Part shown: positions 46,760 to 60,698 of the stretch, piece by piece
Layout of the letters: each line of letters starts with the position of its first letter
Position numbering within the stretch: the first letter of the stretch is position 1
NCBI GenBank assembly: GCA_031835245.2
Contig: JAVKOQ020000011.1
Span: 1 to 64,000 of the forward strand
Direction: 5' to 3'
From: Balamuthia mandrillaris
Taxonomy: Eukaryota
DNA length: 64,000 bases
The notes under the pieces: model-generated
What the model was told of the DNA's origin: nothing
Databases searched by the model: none
The model's input: only the letters and a program-made list of their open reading frames with translations
Position numbers and translations under genes: made by a program

Positions 46760-48015
46760 TTACCCTGCACAACCAAGTTTTTCTGAATTTCTTCAATACT
46801 TTTTTATTGTAGACAACCTTAAAAAAAACAAAAAAATAAAAAACACACCAACACCATCCAGAGTCGAACCAAGGTCATCCACAAGTGCAAAGCCTGTCCT
46901 CATGTTGGCCATGAAGGGAGCAGCTGCGTGCCACAGCCGAAGGAGCTGGACGAAAAGGGCACTGTCCATACAGCGTTCTATGCAGGTGGTGTGCACCAGC
47001 CTCGGTCCACTTTGCAGTGTCACATAACTGAATCCCGTGACCAGGGCTGATAATCTCGTTCAAGTAGCACATGCAAAGAAGGGTTACATCTTCTCTCTTC
47101 AGCACAATACTTCCATAAATCGGGGTTCTGTATCAACAAAAATCAGAATCTGTTGGTAAAAAAAGACGAAAGGAAGAGACAGGAAGGGTTTTGGGCAAAG
47201 TGTTTCAGAAGGAGAAGAAGCGTACCTTTTAAATTTTGTGAGAAGGTCCTTGCTCTCGCACCATCACGTTTTCTCTCACAACGGGTGAACGTATTTTTGC
47301 CATGCAACTCTGTGGCTGCTTCTGCTTCAGTAACAGAAAAGAAAAATTATTATTTTCAACTGCCATATTTGAACATTTTTAATAACTCAACCAATCCAAT
47401 TTTTTTGCAGACATCAAATTTTGACACGCAATTGTGGACACTCAAACCGAAGAAAAAACTTGGTGCCGCACGCTACTGAGTGAAGTCCTTGCCCCACTTT
47501 TGTACTTAGGCAAAAATTGCTCCGAGATGATACCCTTATCCTGGTTTGTCCCTCCCCTCCTGCCCTCTTCCCCCTCTCCCCTTCACCTCCCTCTTTGCCT
47601 GGCATAACTTGCTCCCTTCCCCCTTTTATTTTTTTTTTGCTACCCCTTCTTTTTTCTAATCTCTGATTCGCACTCTTTCCAGAACCATTTGTTGTATGTG
47701 ACGTCTCCTCTTGGTGAACCAACCAAGGACCCACCAACGACATCTTGCTTGTGAGCATCACCGTGTTGATTGAATGGAACTGAAGCTTGTGCCTGAATCT
47801 CTCTGACCGGAGGCATGTAAGCCAGCAGCAACAGGACGAGCCCTCATCTTTGGATCTGGTTGTGGCCAACATGAGGACCGGCTTTACACTTGCGGATGAC
47901 CTCGGTTCGACTCTGGATGGTGTTGGTGTGTTTTTTATTTTTTTTGTTTTTTTTAAGGTTGTCTACAATAAAAAAGTATTGAAGAAATTCAGAAAAACTT
48001 GGTTGTGCAGGGTAA
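46760..48015. mobile_element. Non-autonomous DNA transposon with ~150-bp terminal inverted repeats and TA flanks
   Basis: 46758-46911 is a near-perfect reverse complement of 47863-48017 (TATTACCCTGCACAACC.../...GGTTGTGCAGGGTAATA); no intact transposase inside. Confidence 0.85.
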
Positions 48016-48564
48016 TATATCCTTTGAAATTATTTTAAATATAATAATTTTCTTTTGAAAAATAATTTTTCTTGACTTTAAAAATAAGTAAAAATTATTT
48101 TTTGTAAATATTTTGATTTGAGAAAAAATAATCTCCAAAAAGAGGCACCCTTTTTGTTTAGCACATGTTAATTTTTCTTATACTAAAAACTTACATAACC
48201 AAGCTAATTATGTATAAACAAACATAAAAAACGATAACAACATTATGATTTCCTCATTTTAGGTATAATAGCTTGTTTTTGATTGGAATTGGTGGTTTAA
48301 AATATATTGAAGTCTTCCTTAAGAGATTCAGTTCAGTAATGTATATAGATATAAGTATATTATTATTATATATAATATGTTTATATTAAGTAAAAAGGAA
48401 AACATTTTCAACTTGAAAAGAAAACTGGAAAAAGAATGAACTAATTGAATAACCAGAAACAAAACCAGTGAAAAGACAAAATAGCATTTAATGAAAAACA
48501 AAAACTAAAATATTATGAATTAATAAAAAAGTAAAAGCCTGTTGGTTAAGTCTAACTTAAAGGC

Positions 48565-49810
48565 CTATCTCTTAAACTGTACATAATTGCTTGGTATATA
48601 ACCCTCTACACCATTCCTTGTAACCAACCACCATACACTATCACTGTTATTCACAACATCCACTGTTTCTCCAGTTTTCATTTCTGGCAACTCCCCTTCA
48701 TTCTCAGCAATCCAATCATACAACACTACTGCAGTTGGTCTTCCAGCAGCCGCCCTTGGTGGTAATGGTGGCAATGATTTGGACTGCTGGGATTGTTGTG
48801 GTGGATATTGGTGATATTGTTGTTGCTGTTGAAGCGGATGGAATGATTGTTGAAATGGTTGTGAATAAGGAACATCATTGGATTCGCCTCCTCCAGAACC
48901 ATGAGGAGGAAAGGAAACTGGTTGTGAATGAGCAGCAGGAAATTGAGGGGTAGCATTTATTTGTGTTGCTTGCTGAGGAGTGGCAGGTGTGCTTGGTCCA
49001 GGTGGAAGTGCTGCAACCGGGGCTGGCCCAGTTGGTGAGGTATGTAATCCTCCCTGAAAAAATGAAAAACAGAAATGAAAACTTCAAATCATGAAGAAAG
49101 AGGAACAAGAACAAATACCAAAGAAAAGATGGAACAAATAAGCATACAAACCTGGCCTTGAGCCAACTTTCTAAGTTCCTCAGCAGACATGTTGGTTGCT
49201 TGTTTGTCAGGAGAGGCTAGAAAACGAACGCGCAGATGCAACTCCCCAGAGACTTTATCTGACGGCTTTTTCTTTTGAAGGGGATACCATTTCTTTACCT
49301 CTCCCATAACCGATACTTCTGATAATGGAATAGTCACCAAGCCCATAAAGTCGTTTCTGAAGAAAAATGGGTTGGAAAAAAAAAAGAAATGAAAAAAACG
49401 CTGTGGAGAGAGAAGAACGTGCTTTGAAAAACGATCCCAATCGTAGAGTTGGACTTTGAGAGTTTGAGCAACGAGATTGGGTTCATTGAAGTAGATCGTC
49501 TCGTTCCATTGTGGACTGAGGGTTTGCTTGATCTTTAGTTTTAATACACGATGGCAGAGGTGAACATAAGAAAATACTAGCGGGACAAATAAACTTGGTG
49601 ATAGCAACCTTTTTCGTTTTTTTCTTTTCCTTCCCAACTTTCAGCACAACATAAGGATCGCTTTTTCCTTCGTGGTCATGACAAGCCACAATGTGAGCGG
49701 TTGCATCAAAAAAAAAAACACACACACATATGTGCACCAGGCTTACCTGTATTGTCGTGTGCTGCCAAATCTTTTCCTTCAATCACCGTTACGGCAAGTC
49801 CTTGTTGCAT
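48565..49810 (-). CDS. C2-domain + Pro-rich + SH3 protein, multi-exon
   Basis: VTVIEGKDLAAHD, GKSDPYVVLKVG, TLSPQWNE, VQLYDWDRFS, AVVLYDW..WWLVTRNGVEGYIPSNYV. Confidence 0.9.
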
Positions 49811-50040
49811 TCTTCTGTTATATGTTCTGTTCCCCTTTTCTTTTTTTTTTCGGTTAATTTAAGGCGGGTGGGGGTTACGCTAGAAACAGGTTGCCTTCCT
49901 CCGATAGTAAAGGTTAAGTTCTTTTTTTAATCCCAACTTCAAGCCCGTGTTGTTGAAACAAACAACAGAGAACAAAGATCGATGAAGAAGAAAAAAAGAG
50001 TCTATGTTGAACGTTGAACTTGGAAGAAGTGATGCATAGC

Positions 50041-51497
50041 TTAGATGCCAGCGCCACCAGTAGCTTCCAGACAATGACCGGTAATGTAGTCCGCATAAGG
50101 CAGCGCAAGGAGCAAAATAGCACCAGCGCCATCTGCAGGAGAGCCAATCCTGCGCAAAGGGTTGGAGTCGGCTACAGATTCGCGGCTGCGCAACGTTCCA
50201 GGAATGCCCAACGACACTTTCTTTCCGTCGACTTCTATGAAATTGTCTTTGGCTTTGTCGCCCGTCAACCGAGTTGCAATGAACCCTTCATTTTGTTGAA
50301 TGCAAGAAAACAACATGTGTGAGTGGGAAAATGAGAGAAAGAGATGAAGTATTTAGAGAGGAAAAAAGTACCAAAGGCAACAGCATTGCAACGAATGTTG
50401 AAGGGACCCCATTCTTTGGCGACAGTCTTGGTAAGGCCAAGAATGCCCATCTTGGCTGTAGCATAGTTGATTTGTCCGGCATTGCCATGAAGCCCTGACG
50501 TTGAAGAGATCTGCATGTTTCACAGTTAGAAAAAAACCGCAAAGCAAGAACGAGAATGGACAAGAGCAGAGCGAATATTGATAGAAAAGTAGAGAAGCAG
50601 AGAGGAGAAAAGAGAAATACGTTGATGATGCAACGAGGTTTGGCAGCTCCATTCTTTTCTATTTCTTGCTTGGCAACGTCTCGCATGTAAGGCGCTGCAG
50701 CGCGGATGAGACGGAAGGGGGCCGTGTTGTGGACGAGCAGCATGGCATCCCACTGCTTGTCCGTCATCCTGTGAATAACGCCGTCCCACGTGTAGCCCGC
50801 ATTGTTAACGAGTATGTCCAAGGCTCCAAACTTTCTGTCAACAACAATAATAAGCAGAACGAACAGAAGCATAAAGCACAAAGAACGATGAAGAAAGCAC
50901 GGAAAATATAGCAAGCAAAAAAAGAGAGGGAGCAAAAGGAGGAACTCACTCAATGGTGGTTTTCATGAGGTGGTCGGGGTAGGCGGGGTCAGTGACATCG
51001 CCTGGCACGGAGATGGCCTCCCCTCCGGCTGCTTTGATCTTTTGCACCACAGCTTCAGCCTTCTCTGATCATTTCATATCAGAAGAAGAGAAGAGGAAGA
51101 AGAGAGCACAGAGCACAGCGCAGAAGAAGAAGAAGAAGAAGAAGAACAAGGACAGAAATAAGCAGAACAAGAAGATGAAAGGAGTAAAAAAAAAGTTAAT
51201 CTTCAAATCACAAAAGTAGCGAAAACTCAAAACCTTTTTAAAAAACTTACGTGCATCAAGATCAGTTACGACTACTTGGGCACCGTGTTGAGCGAACAAT
51301 ACGGCGGCCTCCGCTCCGATGCCCTGTCCGCTGCCAGTGATGATGGCTACCTGGCCCTCCAACAACAATCGAGACGGAGAAGACGAGGATGTAGGCGCTG
51401 ACCTTATTCTCGCAAACGACGAGGAGGAGGAAGCAGAAGCAAGGTGATCCGCCAACACGGACAATCGACGAGCTGAAGCGCGGTTGCTGCTTTGCAT
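50041..51497 (-). CDS. Short-chain dehydrogenase/reductase (3-oxoacyl-reductase-like) with PTS2-like signal
   Basis: TGSGQGIG, LVNNAG, SSTSG..GNAGQINYATAK, NIRCNAVAFG; N-terminal RLSVLADHL. Confidence 0.92.
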
Positions 51498-51695
51498 CGT
51501 GTTCCTTCGATCCAATCAAATAAATCACTTTTGTTTTTTCTCTCCCTGAAAAAAAATCCAAAATATTCGAAAAATACCAAAAGATTTGAAACTTTCCTGA
51601 TATATTGAGATATATTGATTATGTATCGTCCTTGTTGCAATAATTGCTGGAATAAAAAAGGAGAGAAAAGAAAGAGCGAAGAAGAAAGCAATCAG

Positions 51696-53824
51696 ATGGC
51701 GCTGTGTCACTTCTTCGTGCTTTCTCCTCGAGGAGAGCCCATCATCTTTAGAGACTGTACGTTTTTTTTTTTGGATGTTTCTCTTCTCTCCCTCTCTCTT
51801 TCTTCTTCTTCACCTTCTTCCGAATGAATGTTGTTTGGTAGTAACATAGTTTGTTTTTTTTAAAAAAAAAAAAATCCGTTCGTCACAGACAGAGGAGAGT
51901 CCTCCCACAAAGACACCGCCGAGGTTTTCTTCTCCGAGTTCAAAAAACACAAAGGCGCTAAACCGATCTTTGTAATCGATCTCTCCTTTTTTATTATTAT
52001 TATTATTATTTTATTCGGATAGATAACCAACAAACAATAAAAAAGTAGAACGTGGAGGGGTTAAACTACTGTTGCACAAAACAATACGGCCTCTACTTTG
52101 TGTGCACCACGAAGCACAACCTCTCGCCCTCGTTCGTGTTGGAGCTGTTGTGTCGCATCGGCGGCGTCTTCAAGGACTATTGCGGCGTGCTCAACGAGGA
52201 GGCCGTTCGTAAGAACTTTGTGTTGCTTTACGAGCTTCTCGATGAAATGCTGGTTTGTTTTTTTGTTCTTTGGCTTCTCTATCTTTGTCCTTTTGCTTCT
52301 TGCTTCTTGCTTCTTGCTTCTTGCTTCTTGCTTCTTGCTTCTTGCTTCTTGCTTCTTGCTTCTTGCTTCTTGCTTCTTGCTTCTTGCTTCTTGCTTCTTA
52401 CTTTCCTTGCAAATTAAATGATGCGGTGATGATAGGACTACGGTTATCCACAAGTATTATCAACGGAGGCACTTAAGGCGTTTGTTTTCAACGAAGCAGT
52501 CCTGGTTGATGATGCACCTCCTCCTTCGAGCAAAGACGTTGGTGCTCTCGGCATCTATGCTTTGAACAAACTCGTCGATGTACGCAACTGTTCTTGTTCT
52601 TGTTCTCCTTCTTCCTCATCCTCTTCATTCTCTCTCATGCCTTTACTCCTGTTGTGTAGAACTTGTCGTTATCATCCCCAGGACCTGCAGCAAAGGACAA
52701 ACCGTTAGCCCTCACTATGAAAGATGAGCGCAACCACAAGAACGAGCTCTTTGTGGACCTCATCGAGCGGCTGACCGTCCTCTTTAGCCCGCAAGGCACC
52801 AAGCTCAAGGCAGAAATCAACGGCTTCATTCGAATGACCAGTTTCTTGAAGGGCACTCCCGAAGTGAGGTTAGCTTTAAACGAGGATTTGGTGGTTGGGA
52901 GAAGAGATGATCGGTCCGCTCGATATGGCCTTGTCACTTTGGACGACATCACCTTTCATGAATGTGCTCGTTTAGACTTGTTCGAGATGGATCGTTCGCT
53001 GTCGTTGCATCCACCGGATGGAGAGTTTGTGCTGCTGAATTACCGTATTTCAGAGGATTTTGCTTTGCCATTCTACATCACGCCCATTGTGGAGCAACCT
53101 CAAACTGGAGGACCCTACCGGGTTGACCTCATGATCAAGGTATGTTTCATGTTCCTGTTTTGATCTCTCTCTTCTCTTCTTGACTTTCCTGTGCTGCTGC
53201 TCATGAACAACAGATAAGGTTAGACATTCCTGATGACCAACAAGCCGTTAACGTGATTATCAAATGTCCATTGCCAAAGTGCGTCGAAAGGTTTGAAATA
53301 CTCCCATTTTCTTTCTTTCTTTTTGTGTTGTTAACTGATGAGACGTATTCAATCTGTCTTCAAAGTGCAAACTGTGAATTACATTTGAAAGGAGTATCCT
53401 ACCAGGTGAACAAGAACGTTGCAGAGTGGAGTATTCAAGAGTTCGCCGGTGGTTCTGATCTCTTTTTGCGGTGCCGGGTAGACCTTTCATCTTCTCTCTC
53501 TCTCTCTCTCTCTCAACTTTGCTGAAATCTGACTTTTATTCAGATAACATTAAAAGAAGTATACGACGCTACCATCCGTAAGGAATTTGGTCCTATCAGG
53601 TTTGTCTTTCTTCTTCTCCTCCTCCTGCCTCTCCTTCCTTCTCCTTCTTCCCCTAACCGTTACCTCTGCACTCTTTGCAAAGTTTGGACTTTGAGCTTCC
53701 CATGTACAATTGCTCGAACGTGCAGATAAGATATTTGCGGGTGGTTGAGCGCGACAAGTCCTACAATCCATTGCGGTGGGTTCGAAACATCACACAGGCT
53801 CATTCTTACATCTGTCGCGTGTAG
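51696..53824 (+). CDS. AP4M1: AP-4 adaptor complex mu subunit, multi-exon
   Basis: FFVLSPRGEPIIFRD, KDYCGVLNEEAVRKNFVLLYELLDEM, KNELFVDLIERLTVLF, LALNEDL, PPDGEFVLLNYR, RWVRNITQAHSYICRV. Confidence 0.88.
52293..52396. repeat. (TTCTTGC)n intronic heptamer repeat
   Basis: Direct inspection; inside an AP-4 mu intron. Confidence 0.9.
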
Positions 53825-53963
53825 TTGTAGTAGTAAACTAAAGATGCCATTTTGCTTTCTTCTTTCATCTTTTTTTTTTAAAACAATGCTCTTCTTTTTT
53901 ATTTGTTTTTATTAATAATTTTAAATTTTATAAAAAAATCGTTAACTAAAAAGGCGCGTTCAG

Positions 53964-55805
53964 ATGAAAGAAGGCGAAGCGAAAAGATGTGAAGAACGAT
54001 GGGAAGACGAGAGAGGGTTCGCGTTGCTAGAGCTGTTGGACCTTCCAAACGAACTGCTACTTGCCGTCTTTCAAGTTTGTTTTTTTCTTTTTGGAATGAG
54101 ATTAGATAGATATTTTTTAGTCCTGTTTGCTTGATCTTTTTACGAACTGATCGCAACCACTTTCTTTGAGCAGCAACTGGACTTTCGGACAGTAGTTCGT
54201 AGTTGTCGAAGGACATGCCGTCGTTTCATGGCATTAGCTGATGCGGAGCAGCTCTGGCGCCACTATTGGGAACGCTACTTCGACGCGACAACATCATCAA
54301 GATCTCGTAGCAGCAACTCCTACGACAACAAAAGTTGGCGTGATCGTGTGCTGGTGGTTCTACAATGTCCTCTCCTACATGCGCTGAAGCAAAGACGAGC
54401 CTCCAGAAGAGGAAGAACAACGCTAACTGCTCTTTGTCCGATGGATGAAGGATTTCTTAGCTTGGATGACAGGGACAAAGTTTGTCTGGCGCGGCACAGT
54501 CTCAGCGAAAAGCACATCAGCCTAGCTACACTTTGCAAAGTTGGTTGCTTTCTTCTGCTGGAGTCCTTGTTGGAGGCCGTTCTCTTTGGCCTTCTCCACG
54601 ACCCAACAACAGGCACGAGCAGCAAAGGTATGTCTGCTGCCAGCAGGCAAGCCGTAGAGATGATGGAGACATGCCTTGGCGCAGCAGCGGAGCTCGGTTG
54701 GGAGCCAAGGAGGGAATTGATCTCTTTGTTGGAACAAAGGGGAAGGTTGCTACTCATGGAGTCTCTCTTTCTCAAGCATCGTCTCAACCCGTTCAAGAAG
54801 AGGCTAGCTCTCCACATGACCTCGGCCTGTGCTTCTGTAGATCTGGTGGAAGGCTGCATGTTTTGGTTGTTGACATTATCTTCATCCTCTGCTGTCTTCC
54901 CTTATGTTAGAGGAGAGGGAAGACCTGTCTCCCCAAGAGGACAAGTATGGCAAGCTGCTCTGAGAGAAGCAGCCATCCATGCCTCCGAGCACGTATTAGA
55001 GGCAATGTTGGCCAACTTGCACAACGACGGAGGTGAAGGAGAGGCCATGGCGCTACCGCCACTTGTTGGCGAAGAAACGGTCAGCACTGAAGCTTTGTTG
55101 GAGGCATTGATGTTCGTGATACCGGCGTCCACCACAGAAGAGGCGGACCTAGCAAAGAGAACAAGAATGGCGAGGTGCTTGTTGGCAGCCATCGAAGCCA
55201 CAGAACAGCAAAGACGCTCAACAACAACAGTTGAGGAAGAAACAGGACGGTCTTGTATCCAAGAACTTCATGAAGGCAAAGCCAACGAGGTCCTGCTACG
55301 GATCCTCCAGCAACGGGCGAAGCAGAACAAACCTCCATTTTCTGCTAATGTGATGCGGCTCGTGTTGGACAAGGCCGCTCAACAGCACCAGAAGAACGTG
55401 TTGGCTCTTACCAGCATGGCAACGAATGAGCACTCTAGCTCTTCGTCGACAGCTACAGTCACTGAACCTGTAGTAGAAAACAGAACGTCGATTATATCAC
55501 CCTCTATTGTGTCTACCACCTCGACTACTCAATGCAAGCCAACGCCAAGCATTGGAAGGAGAAAGACGTTGTTCCCGAGCTCAGCGGCGATGATGGTGAT
55601 AATGACGGTGGTGGCAATAGTTGCTGCCTTTGTCTTGTCACTGGCTACACCCTTCAGCTCTCTTCTTTTTGGCAGCAACGGCAGTAGCGGTGAAATAGTG
55701 GCGATGGTGACAGTGATAGTAGTGGCTGTGATGATAATGGTTGTTAATATGCATATGTCTCCTCCTGCGCTTCAGCAGGATGAACAAGCCAGAATGCCAA
55801 CGTGA
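53964..55805 (+). CDS. F-box protein with two C-terminal hydrophobic segments
   Basis: LLDLPNELLLAVFQ|QLDFRTVVRSCRRTCRRFMALADAEQLWR F-box across one intron; hydrophobic segments near the C-terminus. Confidence 0.75.
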
Positions 55806-55839
55806 GGAACGAAAATGAAAGAAAGAAATAAGTAGGGTG

Positions 55840-58800
55840 TTATTTTGTAGCGTGTTGATGGTGATGGTGATGATGGTGATGGTGAGGACAAGATGGATTG
55901 GGAGAAGAGGAAGAGGAGAAAGGTGCTGAAGGAGAGTATGGCAATGATGGCAGGGCGTAGAGAGCGCACAGTTGCTTGTGGCGTGGCCAATCCTCTTCTT
56001 GACAATGCTACATTTGTTTAAAAATGGTAAGGAGAACGAAAAAACAGGAAGAAAGAAAGGGAAAGCACGTACTCGACTACAATAGACCACAAGTTTACAT
56101 CGCCCGCATTGCAGTGGTTTCAACAGGGTTCTGCGACAAGACCAACAACGATAGAGGTGCATCCCAAAAAAGGCATCAATATTGCCGCTGCTGCCTCCTT
56201 GTAGAGATCCATAGCTCTTGCTGTCTCCACTCTTCTTCCCAACTCCATTCATGTTGCTACTTCCTCTGCCGCCTTTTCCTCTTGTATCTTTGGCATAGAT
56301 TTTTTCCAAACAGGTTGTATCCACTGTTTGGATTGAATTGCGAAGGAAGAGAGAGAGAAATGAGCCCATTCGCAATTAAAAAAAGAAGAGACTAGAGAAA
56401 AAGAATGTACACTCTCTTATGTCGGTGACGTGGTAACCAATGCGCCGGCCTAGATGCCGCATGTTAAGGAATTGTTGTTGCATCAAAGGAGAGGTCTTGT
56501 CAAAAAGCTCAGCCCATTCGGGATGACATGACGGTATTTGTGGGGTTACCTGTTAAATATATCACCATAAGTAAAGAGACGATAAACGAGAGAGAATATA
56601 GAGCATAACGAACCACCATGACGTTGAGCTTTCCATCAATGTCCGTCCAAAAACGGTGATACCTGCCCACTTGAATGAAGTTGCAGGCTTTGCGTACAAA
56701 GTCATCATAAAGAGTTTGAAAGGACGAAGCAAAGTGGTAGTCCACCAACTCGAACATTCCTTTGCCCTTTTTGACGTAAAAGTTGAGAGAGAAACAGAGA
56801 GAGAAAGAAAAAGAGAAAGAGAGAGAAGAGAATAAAGAAGAGAGGAGACGCGGAGAACAGAACACGAAGAAGGGTTACCTTAATAATGATAGCAGCAGAA
56901 CAATTAGTGCCCAATAAGAGGGTGCTTGTCCACTTGAGGGCCAAAATATCATCGCTTTCAAGAGATTCAGTGCATTGAAACCAGTAGGACCGACCACCAT
57001 CGTTGTTACTACTACCACTTCCAGGTTTTGTGTCTGCTCCGCCACCATTGATGGCATTATCAGAGGCTTCGTTGGTCAGCTTCACCATTTGTAGACCTAT
57101 TCCGTTTTTGTTGTTCGCTCCAAAATTTTCTCTTCGAACGAGCAACATCAGTTTGCCTCCTTCTTTCGCTGAGAATTGAATGTCAAGTATGTGATTCTTT
57201 GGTGTGCTCTCTTCCTACGAGTTTAAGCAAAAACACAAAGTTGAGAGAACAAGAGAGAGAGGTGAGAGAGGGAGTGAAGAGTACCTCAAGCCAATTCCGA
57301 TCCACAATCTTTGGAAATAAGAGACGAGGATACCACTCAAACTGAATGGTCTCCTTTTCTCTCCGATTGGCAATAATGGTCCACAGACAATACTCCCCAT
57401 TTCCAGCGTCATTCCACGTGACGAAATGAAACGGTTTGACGTTGTTACTTCCATTGCTGCCACCAGTATTACTAGCTTTGTGCTTCCCACCAGAGCCACT
57501 CCTAGTGGTCCCCGGAGAGGAAGCAGTAGCTGAACTACCAATGTTGGAGCCGCCAGTTGACGTGCTGCGAACGTTGTTGGAAGAGGCGATGTGCGTCATT
57601 TCAAGAGGTTGTCCGAACGCCCCTGTAGCAGGCCCAATGATAGCCAAAGGCCCAACCTAATAATAATGGTCTCATTATTACAGGATACTGATGGGAGAAG
57701 GAAAGGAAGAGGGAGTTGGAGAGGGAGAGGAATACGAAACCACACGAGGGTCAAAACTGATGCGTTGCTGTTCAAACTGTTCTTCGATCTCTTCTTCTTC
57801 GTCTACATCGAAAAAGTGAAAAGGAGAGGGATAGTAGGGAGACGATTGGGAAAAGGATGGTGACGTAGAGGTGTCAGAGACACTTTGCTTAAAAGTGGGG
57901 GCAGAAAATGGGGAAGGAGAGATAGGGGAAGAAGAGGTGGAAGAGGCAGACGAGGAGGAAGAGCTGCTATTGTTTAAAAATCCGTAGGGAGGAGCTGTGC
58001 TATCAACCGAAGGCGAAGGTGATGACGACGGTGATGGTGATGGAGTAGAAAAGGGAGACGATGTCGAAAATGAAGAGGAATAAGGTTGTGGCTCTCTTTC
58101 GCGAATGGCAGGTGGAGAAGTCCGTCCGCGTGTTCTTCCTCTAATTCGTCTGCTTCGAGCACCTCGCGTTGCTTTGCTTATACCACTTTTCGTTCCGGCT
58201 GTGCCCTCCGCGAAGGTCGGAATCTGTCCTGTTGTGGTAGTTGATGAAGCAGCCGTAAAAGGAGAAGGCGGAAGCGGTGATGGTGATAATGAAGAACCAG
58301 GAGAAGGAGAAGGAAAGCCATTCATGGCGGTCTCCATTCCGCCTCCCATGAATGGTGATGAAGAAGGAGAAGGAGAGAAGGGTGGAGCAGAGGCACGAGT
58401 GGCAGCTGCAGCTGCGGCAGCAAGCCCGAATGTGGGAAGGCCTGACTTGCCCACTCTTGACAGCACAAAATTGAGGTTGAGAAGAAAGATGAAGCAAGGG
58501 TAGCGGCTAGGTATTGTCACTAGGCTTTTGGAATCCGGAGAGAAACATGCATCCAGGAATGTCAGGCCTTGATCGTAGAATATAAGGCGAAAGAAAGGTG
58601 GAGATTCTTCCATTATTTGATAGCTAGTGCAGTTTGTTATGTGTAATAGTTTTCATTAGCGGGAGAATGAACAAGGAAAACAGAAAGAGAAGAGAATGTA
58701 CACTAAGAGACAGCTTTGTCCTTTGTGAAGAGCGCCATGAACAAGCAAAAGGCGCTTATTGGGACTGAGTAGTAGTTTCTTAGGAGCACGATAATAACAT

Positions 58801-59004
58801 CCACTGTTACTGTGGTTGTGATGGTGGCCACCGCCGGTTGTTGTCTTTGGCACAAACGGGAAGGTGAAGACCTTGAACTCTGGACAGAGGCTCAACGCCA
58901 CATCATACACAAAGTACTTGTCGTTGGGTCGGTTTTGTTGGCTGACTTGAGGCGGAGGGGCCATCGACGCTGCCCCACCTCCTGCATAGTTGTCTTTTTG
59001 TCAG

Positions 59005-59051
<47 letters not shown>

Positions 59052-59357
59052 GGTGAGAAAAACGGGAAAGAGAAGAGAAAAGATCATGTGAACAACGTCA
59101 ACCAAAGGCCAGGGAAAAAAATAACTGCGAAGGAAAGAGAGCAAGTCCAAACCTGCAGAGCGAACAAACTTGCGGGAGGAAGAAGGTTCCAGAGTGATCA
59201 TGCGAGCAGCGGAAGGAGCGTCGCCTTTCGTCTTTTCGTTGAGTGGATAGAAGTAGGCCTCCCCGTTGGCAAACACGAGGAACAGAACCCCTTGCATGCT
59301 TCCTCCGAAGCGTATGTATGGCAGGTGCTCAAAGAGCAGAGTACGGCCTTTGCTCAT
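55840..59357 (-). CDS. Large multi-exon protein with C-terminal MYND zinc finger (start uncertain)
   Basis: CWSCRRTLLKPLQCGRCKLVVYCSR|CQEEDWPRHKQLC; N-terminal propeller-like segments (LSPNKRLL, FSPDSKSL). Confidence 0.7.
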
Positions 59358-59859
59358 GTTTTTTGTCGGGTGGCAGTAGTCCTAGTCGTCGTCGATTGAG
59401 GAGAGGTCCAACCGACCGCTGTGTGTTGTTGCTTCAAGTAGCAGTCGGACACAAAGATTCTCTTCTTCTTCTCGCTGGTCCGCGTCGCAAAACAAGGCAA
59501 GCTATTTCGTTTCTGCGATAATGCTGACGGAAGCGAAGCGTCTTTTTTTAAAAGGTATGGTAGCAGCAGCAAGTAGCAGCAAAAGAATCAGTCAGCAGTG
59601 CCCGCCCACAAGAGGAGGAAGGAGGAAGGCAAAAAAATCCCCACAGCACCACCCGTGGCTGCCACTACTCTTTTTTTTTTTTTTTAGAAAGGATTTTTTT
59701 TTTTTGGGCAGCATTCTTGGCATACCAAACATTTTTTCTAAGGGACGGTGGGGATTTGTTGTTTTTTTTTTGTCCAACGTGTCTCCTCTCTTTTTTGCAG
59801 CGATCGCTTGGACACATTTCGCAGGAGAGAGAGAGATGGGAGGAGCACGAGAGAGGTGT

Positions 59860-59936
<77 letters not shown>

Positions 59937-60009
59937 CGAAGTAGTTATTGAAGTGGTGGCGTGAAACTGAAAAACAAGAGCAAAAAAAAAAAATAAACAG
60001 CAAAAAAAA

Positions 60010-60531
60010 TTATCCTTTGAGAAGAGTGCGCTGGATGTGTTCTCGTGCGGTGGCGAGGGCCTGAGAGATGGACTGCTCGGCAAGGGGAATGTCTCCTTCC
60101 GCTCCCTTCATGGCGACCCTGCTCACTATGGCCTGGGAGTCAGCCTCCAGGATGATGCCCTCGTCCACCAACTCGTCAATGGCGAGCAGCACGTAGTCGA
60201 GGTTCTCCAGCACGGTCCTCTTGTCCACCACCTGGTGCAGCAGGGCGTAGATGGCCTCGTAGAGGGCGCTGAGCACGCTACCAAGGATGAGCTCGTTCTC
60301 GTCCACGCTGCCAATGACGTAAAAGTGCACGTCGGCAGAGCTCTTGTAGACAGCAATGACGCCGTCGAACATGACGATCTCGGCGTGTAGCTGAGTCTTG
60401 CTCCAGAGGCTCTTCTCGAATTGCTTCTGCTTCTCAGAGGTTTCCCATTCTTTGGAGTAGTACTTGGCACAGATGCGCTTGCCGTCCGAGTCCAAGACCA
60501 CGATTGCCTTGACTGTGTACAAAGAGGACAT
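60010..60531 (-). CDS. COPZ1: Coatomer subunit zeta
   Basis: YTVKAIVVLDSDGKRICAKYY, ENELIL, VDKRTVLENLDYVLLAIDELVDEGIILE; single exon. Confidence 0.95.
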   Translation of the reverse strand: MSSLYTVKAIVVLDSDGKRICAKYYSKEWETSEKQKQFEKSLWSKTQLHAEIVMFDGVIAVYKSSADVHFYVIGSVDENELILGSVLSALYEAIYALLHQVVDKRTVLENLDYVLLAIDELVDEGIILEADSQAIVSRVAMKGAEGDIPLAEQSISQALATAREHIQRTLLKG

Positions 60532-60698
60532 TTTCTTTCTTTCTTTCTTTCTTTTTTGTTCTTTTTCTGGTTTTACTTTTTTTCTTCACTACTTTCTTTT
60601 TTTTTTGCTTTTGAATGACGTGTTTCATACAGTATTAGGTATGTGCATACGTGGCAGCGAGGATAGCTAACACCGCTTGAAAATTTCCAGGAAAAAAT

